64,000 nt of DNA from a candidate division WOR-3 bacterium (GCA_016867815.1 VGIR01000004.1:488-64487), one strand, 5' to 3'. Shown: positions 36,518-46,149, counted from the first letter of the stretch. Program-made: numbers and translations. Notes: a model not told the origin generated them from the letters alone.

Positions 36518-37828
36518 GTGGAAATGGCGAAGGGAGGAGTGCCGGCGGTCGTGACTTTGGCCTTGTGCCTTCTCACTTTCCACCCGGCGCACGCGGCTGA
36601 GCCGGCCGACAGCATCGTCGCCGTGGTCGGTGATGAGCTGATTCTCGCCAGCGAACTCAACCAGGCGGTGACTTTCCTGCGGCTGTCGCAGCCGGACACG
36701 ACCGCGTCGGAAGCCGCGCTGGAGGACCTGGCGCTGGGCCGCCTCATCGACGACCTCGTACTGGAGGAGCAGGCGCGGCGCGAGACAGTCGAGGCGGCGC
36801 CGTCGGAAGTCGCGGCCGAGGTGGATGGCAATATCGCCGCCGTTAAGGAGCGTTTCGGGGACGAGGAGCGGTACCGGGAGGCGCTGGCGGTCGAAGGCTA
36901 CACCGAGCGGGCACTGCGCCAGCGCTACGAAAGAGATGCGCGGCGCAAGCTGCTCGCCCGCAAACTGATGGAGAAAGCCGGGCTCACCCAGATCTACGTC
37001 TCGCCGAGCGAAGCCGAGCGCTTCTACAACGAGAACCGAGATTCCATCGCCCGGGTGCCGGGAAGAGTGGCCCTCGCCCACGTCCTGCTTGTCTTTGCGC
37101 CGGGCCCGGCCGCTGACTCCGCCGGTCAGCGCCGCATGACCGAGGTGATGGATGTGCTGGCGAGGGGTGGCGACTTCGCGACCGTTGCCGCTTCATTCTC
37201 CGACGACAAGCGGACAGCCGCCCGAGGCGGCGACCGTGGCTGGGTGGAGATAGCGCAGCTGCCCCCGGAGTTGATGATGGTTCTGTCGCAGCTGGAACCC
37301 GGTCAGACCTCGCCGCCGTTCCCGACCCGCGAAGGCTACATGACGGTGAAGTTCGAGCGCAAGGGCGAGGACCGCGTTCGCTTCCGGCAGATACTGATCC
37401 GCGTGCCGGTCACGCGTGGCGACACGGTCCGGGCGCGGACTCTCGCCAACTCAGTCCGCCGCAAGGCGCTCGAGGGAGTACCTTTCGACTCGCTCGCCCG
37501 GCAATACTCGCAGGACCCGGTGACTGCCGACTCGGGCGGCCGGCTGGGCGAGTTCCTGGTCGTCGGTCTCGCCCCGCCGTTCAACCAGGTCGTCGCCGGC
37601 ATGGACTCCGGTGACGTGAGCGAGCCGGTGCTCTCCGAGCACGGCTACCACATCATCAAGGTCTTGTCCAAGCAGCCGGAGCAGATTCTCTCCTACCTCG
37701 AACTGCAGGAGAACATCCGCAACTACCTCTATCAGCAGAAACTGGGCGAGCGGCTCGAGACCTACCTCGACCGCGTGCGCGGCAAGGTGTACGTCAAGCG
37801 ATTCCGTTCGACCGGCTCGTCAGGCTAG
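36518..37828 (+). CDS. surA: Periplasmic chaperone/PPIase SurA (two parvulin domains).
   Basis: Signal peptide. SurA N-domain followed by two PpiC-type domains (..GWVEIAQLPPEL.., ..GEFLVVGLAPPF..GYHIIKV). Confidence 0.7.
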   Translation: MEMAKGGVPAVVTLALCLLTFHPAHAAEPADSIVAVVGDELILASELNQAVTFLRLSQPDTTASEAALEDLALGRLIDDLVLEEQARRETVEAAPSEVAAEVDGNIAAVKERFGDEERYREALAVEGYTERALRQRYERDARRKLLARKLMEKAGLTQIYVSPSEAERFYNENRDSIARVPGRVALAHVLLVFAPGPAADSAGQRRMTEVMDVLARGGDFATVAASFSDDKRTAARGGDRGWVEIAQLPPELMMVLSQLEPGQTSPPFPTREGYMTVKFERKGEDRVRFRQILIRVPVTRGDTVRARTLANSVRRKALEGVPFDSLARQYSQDPVTADSGGRLGEFLVVGLAPPFNQVVAGMDSGDVSEPVLSEHGYHIIKVLSKQPEQILSYLELQENIRNYLYQQKLGERLETYLDRVRGKVYVKRFRSTGSSG

Positions 37829-37834
37829 CGCCAC

Positions 37835-39106
37835 ATGAAGCGTACGGCAATCGTCATGGCAGTAGTCATTCTGGCGCTGGCGGCGGCCCAGGCGCAGCCG
37901 GTCGCCTCGGATACGGCTTCGCGGGACGACGTCGTGCTGGCGGCAAGACAGGCGCTGGAAGCGGCGAGCCGGAATCTCGGCCGCACGCTCACGTTCGTCA
38001 TTGTGGCGGTTCTGGTCGCGGCCGCGCTGGCCGTGTGGCGGACATGGTCCCTGAGCCGGAAGGTCGCAAGGCTCGAGGACCTGCGGTCGTCGTGGGAAGG
38101 ACGATTCGCTGGTACCGCGGACGAAGTCCTGCGCTTGAAGCGGAAGCTGGCCGATTCCGAGAGCAGGGTCGGAAAGATCGAAGCAGACACGGCTGCCCTG
38201 CGGCCTGCAGAGCAGGATGCCGCAACCGCTCAGGTCGCGATGGTGCAGTCCGAGATGGTGGCGCTGCGCGAACGTCTTGACCGCGCCGAGGAGAACCTGG
38301 AGGCGGTCGCTGATCACACCGTCGTGACGAAGCAGGAACGCGCCGCCGTCGAGGAACTGGTCCGAAGCGCCATCGAAGAACGGGGCAGGGCGGAGGATCT
38401 GGCGAAGGCAGTGGCCGAAGAACGGGCAAGAATCGAGGAGCTGGTCAAGACGGCCGCCGGCGAGCGGGGCAAGGTCGGGGACCTCGCGCGCAGCGTCGTC
38501 GCCGAGCGGGCCCGGGTGGAGAGCGTGGCGCAGGCCGCCGCCGCCGACCGCGCCAAGACCGAGGGCCTGGTCAAGACCGCGGTCAAGGCGCAGTCAGCGG
38601 CTGAGGCCGGCGCGGCGCGGGCCGAGGCGGTGGCGCGGCGTACGGCAGCGGTCGATTCGCTGCGGGCCGGCGACCAGAGGCTGGATCAGCAGGCGTACCC
38701 GGCGGCGGTTCGGGCATACACGCTTTGTTTGGAATCTCTCGCCGGCGGGCCCTGGGACGAACCGGAGCTGCGATTCCACGCCCTGCACGGCCGTGCGCTT
38801 GCCAATCTGCGTCAGCGGGAGTTCGGTCGGGTGCTGTCCGACGCGGCCGAAATCGAGGGCGTAGGTTCCGACCGGGCACAAGGCGCCTCACGGCTTCTGT
38901 CCGGGGTCGCCCGGCTGTGGCAGGGCGACGTGCCGCGAGCCCTCAAAGACTTCGCCGACGCCACGGCGAGAGACGCGGGGGCGCGGGCGGCCATCGTTCA
39001 GGACGAAGACATCGCCGCCTGGGTCAAGGTCAACTCGAGGCGGGCAGCTCCGGTCAAGCAGTACATCCGGGAACTGGGCCGGGAACTGGAACAGCCCAGC
39101 CACTGA
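37835..39106 (+). CDS. Membrane-anchored coiled-coil protein with ~22-aa Glu/Arg/Ala-rich repeats and a TPR-like C-terminus. Function unknown.
   Basis: Signal/TM segments at the N-terminus. Repeats ER.R.EELVKTA..ERG...DLA..V. Confidence 0.55.
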   Translation: MKRTAIVMAVVILALAAAQAQPVASDTASRDDVVLAARQALEAASRNLGRTLTFVIVAVLVAAALAVWRTWSLSRKVARLEDLRSSWEGRFAGTADEVLRLKRKLADSESRVGKIEADTAALRPAEQDAATAQVAMVQSEMVALRERLDRAEENLEAVADHTVVTKQERAAVEELVRSAIEERGRAEDLAKAVAEERARIEELVKTAAGERGKVGDLARSVVAERARVESVAQAAAADRAKTEGLVKTAVKAQSAAEAGAARAEAVARRTAAVDSLRAGDQRLDQQAYPAAVRAYTLCLESLAGGPWDEPELRFHALHGRALANLRQREFGRVLSDAAEIEGVGSDRAQGASRLLSGVARLWQGDVPRALKDFADATARDAGARAAIVQDEDIAAWVKVNSRRAAPVKQYIRELGRELEQPSH

Positions 39107-39218
39107 CTTCCCGGACGACACCCAAGGGCAGAACCGGGCCGGATCGCTGAAGCCACCGGCAGCGCCTGGTGCTGCCACGGCTTGACTGGGGTGGCGCAGG
39201 GGCTAATCTTTAGGGCCT

Positions 39219-40697
39219 ATGCACTGGCTCCTGTGCGTGATCGGCCTCTCGGTGCGCGTCGCGTCGCTGCCGGGGTCGGCCTGGGGCGACAGCCTGCCCG
39301 GCCCGGCCCGCAGCGCGTTTTCGTTCGCGCAGCTTGCCAACAGCCGGTACTCCGTCCACTCCGGGTTTGATGACTCCCTGCCGGCGCAGGTAATGGCCAA
39401 CGTGCTCTGGGCGATGAGCCGCGCGCCGCAAGTCGGCAGTGGGTACCGGGAGTTCTACGTGGCTACGTCCAGCAATGTCTATCGCTACGACCCGCTAGCC
39501 CTCCGCCTGACTCTGCATCGGGCCGGTGACCATCGCTACAATTCCGGTTCGGCGTTTGAGGTGGGCGTCGCCGCCGACCGGGCGGAAGCAGCCGGCATGG
39601 CGATCCAGGCAGGGCTGCTCGCCGGAACTGCCTTCAGGGGCGGCGGGACGGAGGTGGTCAGCTGCCCGATGCAGTGGGCCGCAGACCACGCCGCCACCGC
39701 ATGGCTGCCGGGCCACCGGGTCCAGATGGTCAACGTTTTCGGCCGGGCCGCCGCTGGGCCGCTCGACACGCTGTGCGTCGCCTTCTCGTCGGATTCAAGC
39801 CTGCCACAGCCACATGTCGTCGGACCCGATACTTTCGAGGCGGTGATGGCCGACCTGCACCAGGATTCGTTGTTCAACTCCGTCGAGTTGTCGCAGGAGA
39901 ACGTTTCTCAGCTCTGCTGGGCCGCCTACGGCGTTACCCCGCATCTGACCTACAACCGCCGCCAGGGATTGACAGTGCCCAGCGCGATGGCGAGCTACTA
40001 CCTGACCGACCGCATCTACGTCGTCAGCGCCTACGAAGTCAGCCGGTATCACAACCGGCTTATGGTCGCGGCCGACGCGGCGAAGCGCGACCACCGTTTG
40101 GAGCGGGTCGCAGCCGGCGACCGCCGACCCCAGTTGCGGGCGGCCTCGGCGCGGATTCCCGGCAGCGCGCCGACCTACTTCGTCATCTGCGTTCCGGACA
40201 CGGGCTCCGGCCCGGTGATGATTGAGGCTGGCACTGCCGGATTCCAGCTGCTCGCGCAGGCACGGGCGCTCGGGCTTGCCGGGTTCCTGGTCGTGCCGCT
40301 CGACCGCACCGAACGGCGGGCAATTGCCTCGGCGCTCGGGCTGCCTTCCGGTCACGTCCCGGCGCTCGTGTTCGCCGTCGGTGAAGCTGAAGGTGTAACT
40401 GCCGACGGTGGGTCCGCTGCCGACGTCGTGACAATCGTCCGGGCGCAGTCGGCCATGCGCCGCGGCAGCCTGCGGGTCGAGTATCGGCTGAGCCGGGCAG
40501 GGCAGGTCCGCGCGGAAGTCTTCGACATGCTGGGAAGGCCGGTCAAGTTGCTCCTGACCGAACAGCAGACGTCCGGGTATCACGCCGTCGAGTGGGACGG
40601 CAGCGGCGAGGACGGCGTGCGCCTGAAGCGCGGCACCTACCTCGTCGTTATCATCTCCGGCGCGACCGTCGCCAAGCACAAAGTCAGTCTCGGCTAG
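39219..40697 (+). CDS. SagB-type dehydrogenase/nitroreductase-fold domain protein with a T9SS C-terminal sorting domain.
   Basis: Blocks resembling SagB/nitroreductase (..VGSGYREFYVATSSNVYRYDP.., ..IEAGTAGFQLLAQARALGLAGF..). C-terminus LRVEYRLSRAGQVRAEVFDMLGRPV...GTYLVVIISGATVAKHKVSLG. Confidence 0.6.
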   Translation: MHWLLCVIGLSVRVASLPGSAWGDSLPGPARSAFSFAQLANSRYSVHSGFDDSLPAQVMANVLWAMSRAPQVGSGYREFYVATSSNVYRYDPLALRLTLHRAGDHRYNSGSAFEVGVAADRAEAAGMAIQAGLLAGTAFRGGGTEVVSCPMQWAADHAATAWLPGHRVQMVNVFGRAAAGPLDTLCVAFSSDSSLPQPHVVGPDTFEAVMADLHQDSLFNSVELSQENVSQLCWAAYGVTPHLTYNRRQGLTVPSAMASYYLTDRIYVVSAYEVSRYHNRLMVAADAAKRDHRLERVAAGDRRPQLRAASARIPGSAPTYFVICVPDTGSGPVMIEAGTAGFQLLAQARALGLAGFLVVPLDRTERRAIASALGLPSGHVPALVFAVGEAEGVTADGGSAADVVTIVRAQSAMRRGSLRVEYRLSRAGQVRAEVFDMLGRPVKLLLTEQQTSGYHAVEWDGSGEDGVRLKRGTYLVVIISGATVAKHKVSLG

Positions 40698-40858
40698 AAG
40701 CCCCCGCTTCGCGCCATCTACCTCCGAAACCTCGAAGCCGGCCAGCGCCTACTTGACGCTCCAGACTCCGGGCTGTAGGCTTCTGATAAGGTGGATGCGT
40801 TGTCGCGCTGCGACCGTTTCGCGGACGTCCGGATACTGCCCGCAGCAGAGGTGTCCTG

Positions 40859-42469
40859 ATGCCGAGGCCGGAAAGGCTTGGCTTGCTGGTCTGCGAGTGC
40901 TTGCACCCGGCCGCAGTCGAGCTGGTGCGCGCCGCGCGGCTCGAGGACGTCCGGTTGATACCATTTCCCGGCGACTGCAGCAGACAACTTGACGGCTGGC
41001 AGGAGATTGAGCGGGCCGTGGCGACGCTGGGCGACTGCCAGCAGTTTCGCATGCTCGCCGGCGCTTGCGTCCCCGGCCCGGCCCCAGCCATCCTCGCCGG
41101 ACGGCAACTGCCGATCGTCCGATGCTTTGACGGCCTGCCCCGGGCTTTGTCTGATGCCGGGCGCGAGCGACTGGGGCTGCTGATCGAGAAGACGGCGCTG
41201 GAGTGGCGGCTGGAGTGTCAGCGGACGCGATTGAACGTCATCCTGTCCGGCGCCTACCGGCGGCTCACGGACTTCGGCATGGTGACGGAACTCGTGAGCG
41301 GGCTGGCCGGGACCCTGGCTGAGGAGAAGGTCGTGGACAGAGTGTTCGGCCTGTTCGCGGCGATGCTGGCGCCGACGACGATGGTCTTCGCTGCGCTGGA
41401 GGAAGGCAAGCTGCTCCGAATCTGGTCGCGGCCGGCGGGGTTCGGAGAATCCGAGGAGGTGAAACGACGGCTCGTGGCTTTCAGCCGCTCGCATGCCTGG
41501 ACAGAGAGCGGGGCTGGGTTTCGTTTGAGCCTGCGGCACCGGACCAGGACGCTCGGCGTGCTCGAAGTCGAGGGCGCCTCCTTCTCCGAGTACCGGGATC
41601 ACTACCTCGATCTGGCGCTGGTAGTTGCCCGGACAGGCGCGCTCGCTATCGCCGATGCCCGGCTGTACCGGGAGATGAAGGGGCCGAACCGATCCTACCT
41701 CGGATTCGCCGAGGACCTGCAGGACGCGCTCGCCGCCCGCAAGCGGGCCGAGGAGAAGCAGGCGCAGCTGATGAAACAGGTCGAAGCCGCCAACCTGGAA
41801 CTGGCCGCATTCGCACACACTGTGGCCCACGACCTGAAGAGCCCGCTCGGCGCCGTTCTTGGTTTCGCCGAACTCCTGACCGATGCAGCCGTGGAACTGA
41901 GCAGCAAGGATGTCCGCGAGTCGCTGCAGGCGGTCCACCACAGCGCACGCAAGATGAACAACATCATCGACGAACTCCTGCTGCTGGCCGAGGTGCGCGA
42001 GGCCGAAGTCGAGAAGCAGCCGGTCGAGATGGCCGCAATCGTGTCCGGCGCGCTGCAGCGTCTCTCGCACATGACGGCGGAGTATGCGCCGGAAATCGTG
42101 CTGCCTGACAGGTGGCCGCTAGCCCTCGCTCACGGGCCCTGGATTGAGGAAGTCTGGGCCAACTATCTGTCGAACGCGATGAAGTACGGCGGCAGGCCGC
42201 CGCGGCTGGAGCTGGGGGCCGACACTGCGGACGGCAAAGCCCGGTTCTGGGTCAGGGACAACGGGCCCGGACTGACACCGGAACAGCAGGCGCGACTCTT
42301 CATGCCTTTCACCCGGCTGCACCACGCGCGGGCTACCGGCTCGGGACTGGGGCTTTCCATCGTGCGCCGCATCATGGAAAAGCTCGGCGGCGAGGCCTGG
42401 GTTGAGAGCGAATCGGGCAGAAGCAGCAGATTCGGTTTCACGCTTCCGCATGTCCCCGCGTCTGACTAG
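40859..42469 (+). CDS. Cytoplasmic sensor histidine kinase (GAF-like sensory region, HisKA, HATPase_c).
   Basis: H-box AHDLKSPL; N, G1 and G2 boxes (NAMKYG, DNGPGL, GSGLGLSI). The kinase core is ~95% identical at DNA level to the next gene. Confidence 0.8.
   Translation: MPRPERLGLLVCECLHPAAVELVRAARLEDVRLIPFPGDCSRQLDGWQEIERAVATLGDCQQFRMLAGACVPGPAPAILAGRQLPIVRCFDGLPRALSDAGRERLGLLIEKTALEWRLECQRTRLNVILSGAYRRLTDFGMVTELVSGLAGTLAEEKVVDRVFGLFAAMLAPTTMVFAALEEGKLLRIWSRPAGFGESEEVKRRLVAFSRSHAWTESGAGFRLSLRHRTRTLGVLEVEGASFSEYRDHYLDLALVVARTGALAIADARLYREMKGPNRSYLGFAEDLQDALAARKRAEEKQAQLMKQVEAANLELAAFAHTVAHDLKSPLGAVLGFAELLTDAAVELSSKDVRESLQAVHHSARKMNNIIDELLLLAEVREAEVEKQPVEMAAIVSGALQRLSHMTAEYAPEIVLPDRWPLALAHGPWIEEVWANYLSNAMKYGGRPPRLELGADTADGKARFWVRDNGPGLTPEQQARLFMPFTRLHHARATGSGLGLSIVRRIMEKLGGEAWVESESGRSSRFGFTLPHVPASD
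41975..42215 (+). repeat. About 240-290 bp that are ~95% identical to 43810-44050 (the duplicated histidine-kinase core between the two adjacent kinase genes).
   Basis: Direct comparison of the two DNA segments and of the encoded peptides (LLLAEVREAEVEKQPVEMAAIVSGALQRLSHMT.EYAPEIVLP...GPWIEEVWANYLSNAMKYGGRPPRLELGA). Confidence 0.7.
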
Positions 42470-42508
42470 CGGCCTCACGCTGCCCAAACCGTCGGCGTCG
42501 GTGACCGG

Positions 42509-44341
42509 ATGATAGAGTCACGGACCGTGACTCCGATGACGCTCGTGTACGCGCTGGCGCTGGCCGCATACCTGTCGCTGGCCGTGCGGGTGCTCCGGCG
42601 CCGGCCGCGCACGCTGCTCCACTGGCTGTGTGCCGCCGTGCTCGTCGCGCTTGCTCTCTGGAGCGTCGAGGACATTGTCCACGGCATGCCGGACGCGCCA
42701 AGGGACCTGGTCTGGCTGTTCGGGTACGTCGGCTCGCTGGGCTGGGTCGGGTTTGCTAGCGTCTACCTCGCCTTCGCGATGGTGCTGACACGTCGGCTCA
42801 AGCTGCTGCGGTCCTGGCTGTTCTGGCCGGTGCTCGTCGTCCCGCCCGCGCTGATCATCTGCGCGCAGTTGGCCGGGAAGCTCACTGCCGACTACGACCG
42901 CAGCGTCTACGGTTGGAGGACGGTCTGGGCAAAAACCGCCTGGGTTCCGTCCTATTATGCGTACTACGGGCTGTATACGCTGGCAGCGCTCTTCCTGATA
43001 TTCAAGTTGTGGCAGTCGGCCAAGACCTACCGTGAACGGAGACAGACAGGCCTGATTCTCAGCACCAGCCTCATCACTCTCGTGCTCGGCACGGTCACCG
43101 ACGTCGTGCTGCCGCAGTTCACTTACCTCGGGATTCCCGACCTCGCCGGCGCGCTCTGTCTGATCTGGGCCGGCGGGCTCTACCTTGCGGTCACCCGCTA
43201 CGGGCTGATGTCGGTTACTCCCCAGCGTGCCGCCCGCGAGATCATTGCCACGATGGCCGACGCCCTGCTGCTCCTGACACCGGAGGGTGAGATCGCGATC
43301 GCGAACCAGGGCGCCGCCGACCTCTTCGGCAGAGAGATACAGGGACTGCGCGGGCAGAAGGCCGAGCAGTTCTTCGTCCTGCCCGACCTGTTCCGGCAGA
43401 CATTCATCCGGGTCGGTGATGGGGTTGCGTTGAGCGCGCTCGATCTCGAATGTCAAGGTCAAGGCGGCCGTATCGTCCCGGTCAGTGTATCGAGCCGGCT
43501 GATGCGGGACAAAGGCGGCGAAACCGTGGGCAGCGTCTGGGTTATCCGTGATGTCACCGCCCGGCACGAGGCCGAGCAGCGTCAGGCGCATTTGCTGCGG
43601 CAGGTCGAGGCCGCGAACCAGGATCTCGCCGATTTCGCGCACGTGGTGGCGCACGACCTCAAGAACCCGCTCTGCGCCGTGCTCGGTTTCGCCGGGCCGC
43701 TGACCGCCGCCGACGTCCGTTTGAGCGACAAGGACGTTTCCGAGTCGCTGCAGGCAATCGGCCAGAGCGCGAGGAAGATGAGCAGCATCATTGACGAACT
43801 CCTGCTGCTGGCCGAGGTGCGTGAGGCCGAAGTCGAGAAGCAGCCGGTCGAAATGGCCGCGATCGTGTCCGGCGCGCTGCAGCGCCTTTCGCACATGACG
43901 AAGGAGTATGCGCCGGAAATCGTGCTGCCCGAAACGTGGCCGGTAGCGCTCGGTCACGGGCCCTGGATTGAGGAAGTCTGGGCCAACTACCTGTCGAACG
44001 CGATGAAGTATGGCGGCAGGCCGCCACGGCTCGAACTCGGGGCCGCCGCGGCCGCAGGCGAGGTTCGTTTCTGGGTCAGGGACAACGGGCCCGGCCTGAC
44101 GCCGGAACAGCAGTCGCGACTCTTCATGCCTTTCACCCGGCTGCACCAAGTCCGCACCACCGGGCAGGGATTGGGACTCTCCATAGTGCGGCGCATCATG
44201 GAGAAACTCGGCGGCGAGACATGGATCGAAAGCGAGCCCGGCAGTGGCAGCAGGTTCGGGTTCACTCTGCCGGCCAGTATGTGTGCCGGACGTTGCACCG
44301 GCAGGCCGACAAAACTACAGGTTGACATCGATGAACAGTGA
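42509..44341 (+). CDS. Membrane sensor histidine kinase (~6-7 TM sensor, PAS-like, HisKA, HATPase_c).
   Basis: N-terminal multi-TM region, then the same kinase core as the preceding gene (AHDLKNPL...NAMKYGGRPPRLELGA...DNGPGL). Confidence 0.8.
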   Translation: MIESRTVTPMTLVYALALAAYLSLAVRVLRRRPRTLLHWLCAAVLVALALWSVEDIVHGMPDAPRDLVWLFGYVGSLGWVGFASVYLAFAMVLTRRLKLLRSWLFWPVLVVPPALIICAQLAGKLTADYDRSVYGWRTVWAKTAWVPSYYAYYGLYTLAALFLIFKLWQSAKTYRERRQTGLILSTSLITLVLGTVTDVVLPQFTYLGIPDLAGALCLIWAGGLYLAVTRYGLMSVTPQRAAREIIATMADALLLLTPEGEIAIANQGAADLFGREIQGLRGQKAEQFFVLPDLFRQTFIRVGDGVALSALDLECQGQGGRIVPVSVSSRLMRDKGGETVGSVWVIRDVTARHEAEQRQAHLLRQVEAANQDLADFAHVVAHDLKNPLCAVLGFAGPLTAADVRLSDKDVSESLQAIGQSARKMSSIIDELLLLAEVREAEVEKQPVEMAAIVSGALQRLSHMTKEYAPEIVLPETWPVALGHGPWIEEVWANYLSNAMKYGGRPPRLELGAAAAAGEVRFWVRDNGPGLTPEQQSRLFMPFTRLHQVRTTGQGLGLSIVRRIMEKLGGETWIESEPGSGSRFGFTLPASMCAGRCTGRPTKLQVDIDEQ

Positions 44342-44395
44342 GTTCCCGGAACTGCACACTTCTGACTTCGTTCTCTCCTTGTGCTATAATCCCGC

Positions 44396-45205
44396 ATGCG
44401 ATTCCTGATTGACGGTCTGGTACTTCTCGCCCTCGGTCTGAGCACGTATGCCGAGGCGAAGCGAGGCTTGTTCTTCGCCCTCTTCGATCTCATCCGAATC
44501 GTCATCGGGCTGGCACTGGGATTCGCCGCTTTCTCCCTGCTCCACCGGATGTCCGGCTCGTACCCGGCCGGCTTCGCCGCGTTCGGGGTCGCGGCCCTCA
44601 TCGGCATCTTCGGCGTGCGTGCCCTGCTGCATGCGCTGCGGTTGGACCCGGCCTGGGGCCGGCTGCCTGCGGCGCGCTTCCTGGGAGGTCTCCTCGGCCT
44701 GCTGCTCGGCTGTCTCATCAGCGCGGTGTTCGTGCCGGTCATCGGCCGTTCCGGCTGGGGACGTGAGGCGGTCCCGCGCTCGTCCCTGGCCCGGCCGTTC
44801 CTCGATGCCGCGCCCACGCTCTACTACGTTGCCGATGCCGTCAACCTGGACTTCCCGATGCTCAACGCCCGGGCGGTCAGATTCGAGGATGAAGGCCGGG
44901 GCGCCGAGGCGACACTGGTTGATCGTATCAACTACTCCCGGCTCGACGGCTCGACCTGCATCGAATGCGGGTCCGCGGTTCACTTCGACGGCTACTTCCG
45001 TCGCGTCGGCGTATCGGTCTCGCCGAGATTCACCTGTCCGCAGTGCGGCCGGATGTCGGACGGGTGCCAGACTTTCGAGGGATTCCACGAGATGTACGGT
45101 CGCTGCCCGACTGACGTTTGCCGGGAGATAGGCCCGATCGACTGCGGGGTGTGGCCCAACGGCCGGCCGGTGATGCCGTATGGCGTGTGCCCGATAGACG
45201 GCTAG
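44396..45205 (+). CDS. cvpA: CvpA-family membrane protein with a C-terminal Cys-rich (zinc-ribbon-like) domain.
   Basis: Four TM helices of the CvpA type. C-terminal CIECG...CPQCG...C..C motifs. A perfect TATAAT 5 nt upstream of the ATG suggests a leaderless transcript. Confidence 0.6.
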   Translation: MRFLIDGLVLLALGLSTYAEAKRGLFFALFDLIRIVIGLALGFAAFSLLHRMSGSYPAGFAAFGVAALIGIFGVRALLHALRLDPAWGRLPAARFLGGLLGLLLGCLISAVFVPVIGRSGWGREAVPRSSLARPFLDAAPTLYYVADAVNLDFPMLNARAVRFEDEGRGAEATLVDRINYSRLDGSTCIECGSAVHFDGYFRRVGVSVSPRFTCPQCGRMSDGCQTFEGFHEMYGRCPTDVCREIGPIDCGVWPNGRPVMPYGVCPIDG

Positions 45206-46149
45206 TCCATCGGTTCAGGCCGCTGACTCACCGGCCGCAAACCTCCAGCACCAAGCTCGGCGTAGACGCGATAGCGGGCGCCACGGCCAGCTGCCGGGTT
45301 GTCCTCAAAGCAATTGAACTGAGCTTCAAGAACCGCATCTCCGACTGAGCCGCCGCTCTCCTCAACACGCGAAGCCATTTGACTAGCCGGGCGCAGGACC
45401 GAATACTGCACTTAGAACACAACTTGGGGCGGTACTCCGGTGGTGACGTGAGTGACGGTGAGCCCGGCAGTGCCTCGGCCAATCCTTGGGACTGACCGGT
45501 GAATCGCACCGCAGGTAGCCTCGGCTGCAAGACCCGGGGCAAACCGGGCAGCGAACTCCACCGTAACGAGGAGGCAAACCTCGGGGCTGACCCGACCGGC
45601 CAGCTCCCCGGCTAAAAGGGAAGTTCACCAGCCGGTTGGTCCGGACGTTGCCCGGGAGATTGTGTGCGGGACGCCGGCCGGGTTTACCCGGAGGATTGCG
45701 CTGGAAGCAACGAGGGAATTAACCTCGCGGGCAATCGGTGGGGCAATCCCCGGGGCAGTCCCCCGGGCGGGGGTATCATTTCCCGGCCCCAAGCCCAAAG
45801 CCATAGGCCGCAAACAGATACGCCAGAGAGCCGTCTCCGCAGGATGATAAGAACCTGTCTCATCCGCGCCAAGGTCAGTTCCCGCTCGCCGCACTGCGAT
45901 AGCATGGCCACCGTCTTCCAATTCCCTGCAGAGCGCCGGCCCCTGCTGGATAGTCTAGAGAGGGATCTACTGCTCCAGCGGTGTTCAATTCAAGTCGGCG
46001 CTCCCGTTCACAATGGACATCGCGAGCCTGCTTCCACAAGGTCAATAGCGTGTCAGCTCGGCGACAGGCTGTCGCTTCACGGTGACTGATTCCACTCTGT
46101 CCATCTGCTAGGTCCCGCAATATCGGCCCTTGGCCGACTGGCATGCGGC

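Noticed and set aside
45206-46149. RNase P RNA or a confident cobalamin riboswitch in the ORF-free region.
   Set aside because: RNase P universal motifs (GGAAAGUCCGG, ACAGAACCCGGCUUA) are absent. Only partial resemblance to the cobalamin core, and no B12-related downstream gene. Kept only as an unclassified structured-RNA candidate.
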